Below are positions 62,719 through 64,000 of a stretch of 64,000 nucleotides of DNA, in pieces. The translations under genes and the position numbers were made by a program. The notes under the pieces are model-generated. The model saw only the letters and a list, made by a program, of their open reading frames with translations, did not search any database and was not told the DNA's origin. This DNA is from an uncultured Candidatus Binatia bacterium (lineage in GTDB: Bacteria; Desulfobacterota; Binatia; UBA9968; CAXXLF01): positions 2,272,001-2,336,000 of the forward strand of contig OZ244621.1 of NCBI GenBank assembly GCA_965218425.1, written 5' to 3'. Position 1 is the first letter of the stretch. Each line of letters begins with the position of its first letter.

Positions 62719-63660
62719 ATGGAGAAAAAAAGCCACTACCGCGTAATCATTCTGGGATCCGGTCCGGCGGGCCTTACCGCCGCCCTCTATGCGGCCAGGG
62801 CAGAGCTGGAGCCCCTGGTGATAGAAGGGAGCCAGCCGGGGGGCCAACTAACCATTACCACCGACGTGGAGAACTATCCAGGATTTCCCAAGGGTATCCT
62901 TGGTCCCGAACTGATGGATGAATTCAAAAGACAGGCGGAGCGATTTGGTACCCGGACTTTATTTGGCGATGTGACAGAGGTCAGCCTCCAGAAAAGGCCT
63001 TTTCAGCTCGAAGTAGGTAAAAATACCCTCACGTGCGATACTCTTATTATTTCAACGGGTGCCTCGGCAAAGCTTTTGGGGCTGGAATCGGAAAAGAAAC
63101 TGATGGGATACGGCGTCTCGGCCTGCGCCACCTGCGACGGTTTTTTCTTTAAAGAAAAGGAAGTGGTCTGCGTCGGGGGAGGAGACACGGCCATGGAGGA
63201 GGCCACCTTTCTCACCAAGTTCGCTTCAAAAGTCCATGTGGTCCATCGCCGGAACAAGCTCCGGGCATCGAAAATCATGCAGGATCGCGCCATGAAAAAC
63301 CCCAAGATCAATTTCATCTGGGACAGTGTAGTGGAAGAGATTAACGGTGATTCCCAAAATGGTGGCGTCACCGGTGTGAGGCTAAAGAACGTAAAAACGG
63401 GAAAGACCGAGGAGTTTAAGTGTGACGGTGTGTTTCTGGCCATCGGGCACGAACCCAACAGCAAGCCCTTCGCGGGACAGTTGGAAATGGATGAGCAGGG
63501 ATATATCCTCACCCATGACGGTACCAAGACCAGCATTCCTGGCGTCTTTGCCTGTGGCGATATACAGGACCATGTCTATCGTCAGGCTGTCACCGCTGCC
63601 GGCTCCGGTTGCATGGCGGCCATCGATGCGGAACGGTTCTTGGAAAGCCAGGAATCCTGA
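62719..63660 (+). CDS. trxB: Thioredoxin-disulfide reductase
   Basis: [55 protein letters not shown]. Confidence 0.97.
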   Translation: MEKKSHYRVIILGSGPAGLTAALYAARAELEPLVIEGSQPGGQLTITTDVENYPGFPKGILGPELMDEFKRQAERFGTRTLFGDVTEVSLQKRPFQLEVGKNTLTCDTLIISTGASAKLLGLESEKKLMGYGVSACATCDGFFFKEKEVVCVGGGDTAMEEATFLTKFASKVHVVHRRNKLRASKIMQDRAMKNPKINFIWDSVVEEINGDSQNGGVTGVRLKNVKTGKTEEFKCDGVFLAIGHEPNSKPFAGQLEMDEQGYILTHDGTKTSIPGVFACGDIQDHVYRQAVTAAGSGCMAAIDAERFLESQES

Positions 63661-63682
63661 TCACGTCAACAAAGATTAAAAA

Positions 63683-63777
63683 TTCTCGCGCCAGGACGCC
63701 AAGCTCGCAAAGAAGAGATGTTTTCTCGCTGAGGGACTTAGCGCCCTTTGCACAAGCCATCCCATTCCGGATCCCTT
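63683..63777. repeat. Second copy of the REP/MITE-like repeat
   Basis: TCGCGCCAGGACGCCAAGCTCGCAAAGA is near-identical to 62050-62077, with a degenerate right arm. Confidence 0.6.
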
Positions 63778-64000
63778 AATCCAGAATTCAGCAGAGAATT
63801 TAAATATCATTGACTCCTCTTTAAAAAGAGCAATGTTTTTGTTTGTCGTCGGCTCCCGACAAACAAAAGGTTAATTCTCTGCGCCCTCTGCGGTGAGATG
63901 TCCGAATCTTTATCTGCGAGAGTCTGCGTTTAATCGTATTTGACGCTTTGCGCCATGCGCTTTGCCTTTTTGGTTACCAATAGTTGTTTGCCATCTGGTA

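Noticed and set aside
1..64000. CRISPR arrays, tRNA (including tRNA-Sec), rRNA, selA/selB/selD
   Set aside because: I recognised no regularly spaced direct repeats, cloverleafs or sel genes by eye; the Sec machinery would have to lie elsewhere.

Overview
Bacterial mosaic region, probably from a metagenome-assembled genome. Lower-GC backbone blocks with characteristic short intergenic repeats alternate with GC-rich blocks of transporters, lipoproteins and gene relics. The main discovery is a ~10 kb selenoprotein cluster (8.1-19.2 kb) that the ORF track breaks into pieces. Four in-frame UGA codons sit at Cys/Sec positions, each followed by a SECIS-like hairpin: a secreted DUF3179 protein (UxxC), a class I FAD disulfide oxidoreductase (CxxxxU), GrdB and GrdA. 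The Grd operon is atypical: the order is grdC-grdA-grdE-grdB, grdD is absent from the window, GrdB has UGTSTRS instead of UGTCTRC, and GrdE lacks the usual pyruvoyl-precursor Cys. The cluster also holds an ECF sigma factor, a zinc-binding anti-sigma and an ArsS-type radical SAM. The second major block (25.0-38.1 kb) is a decaying defence island. It is a Type I R-M locus (hsdM nonsense, hsdS split by an intact IS3-family element with a 4-bp TSD, an extra half-hsdS, intact hsdR) with nested ietAS, darTG relics, a DUF5655 relic and a DUF433/PIN pair. The rest includes a partial qNOR, a TonB receptor, TA pairs, UbiD, a Mo-hydroxylase large subunit, ABC/TRAP components, many pseudogenes, and radC, moaC and trxB. 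All family calls come from recognising motifs; no searches were run.
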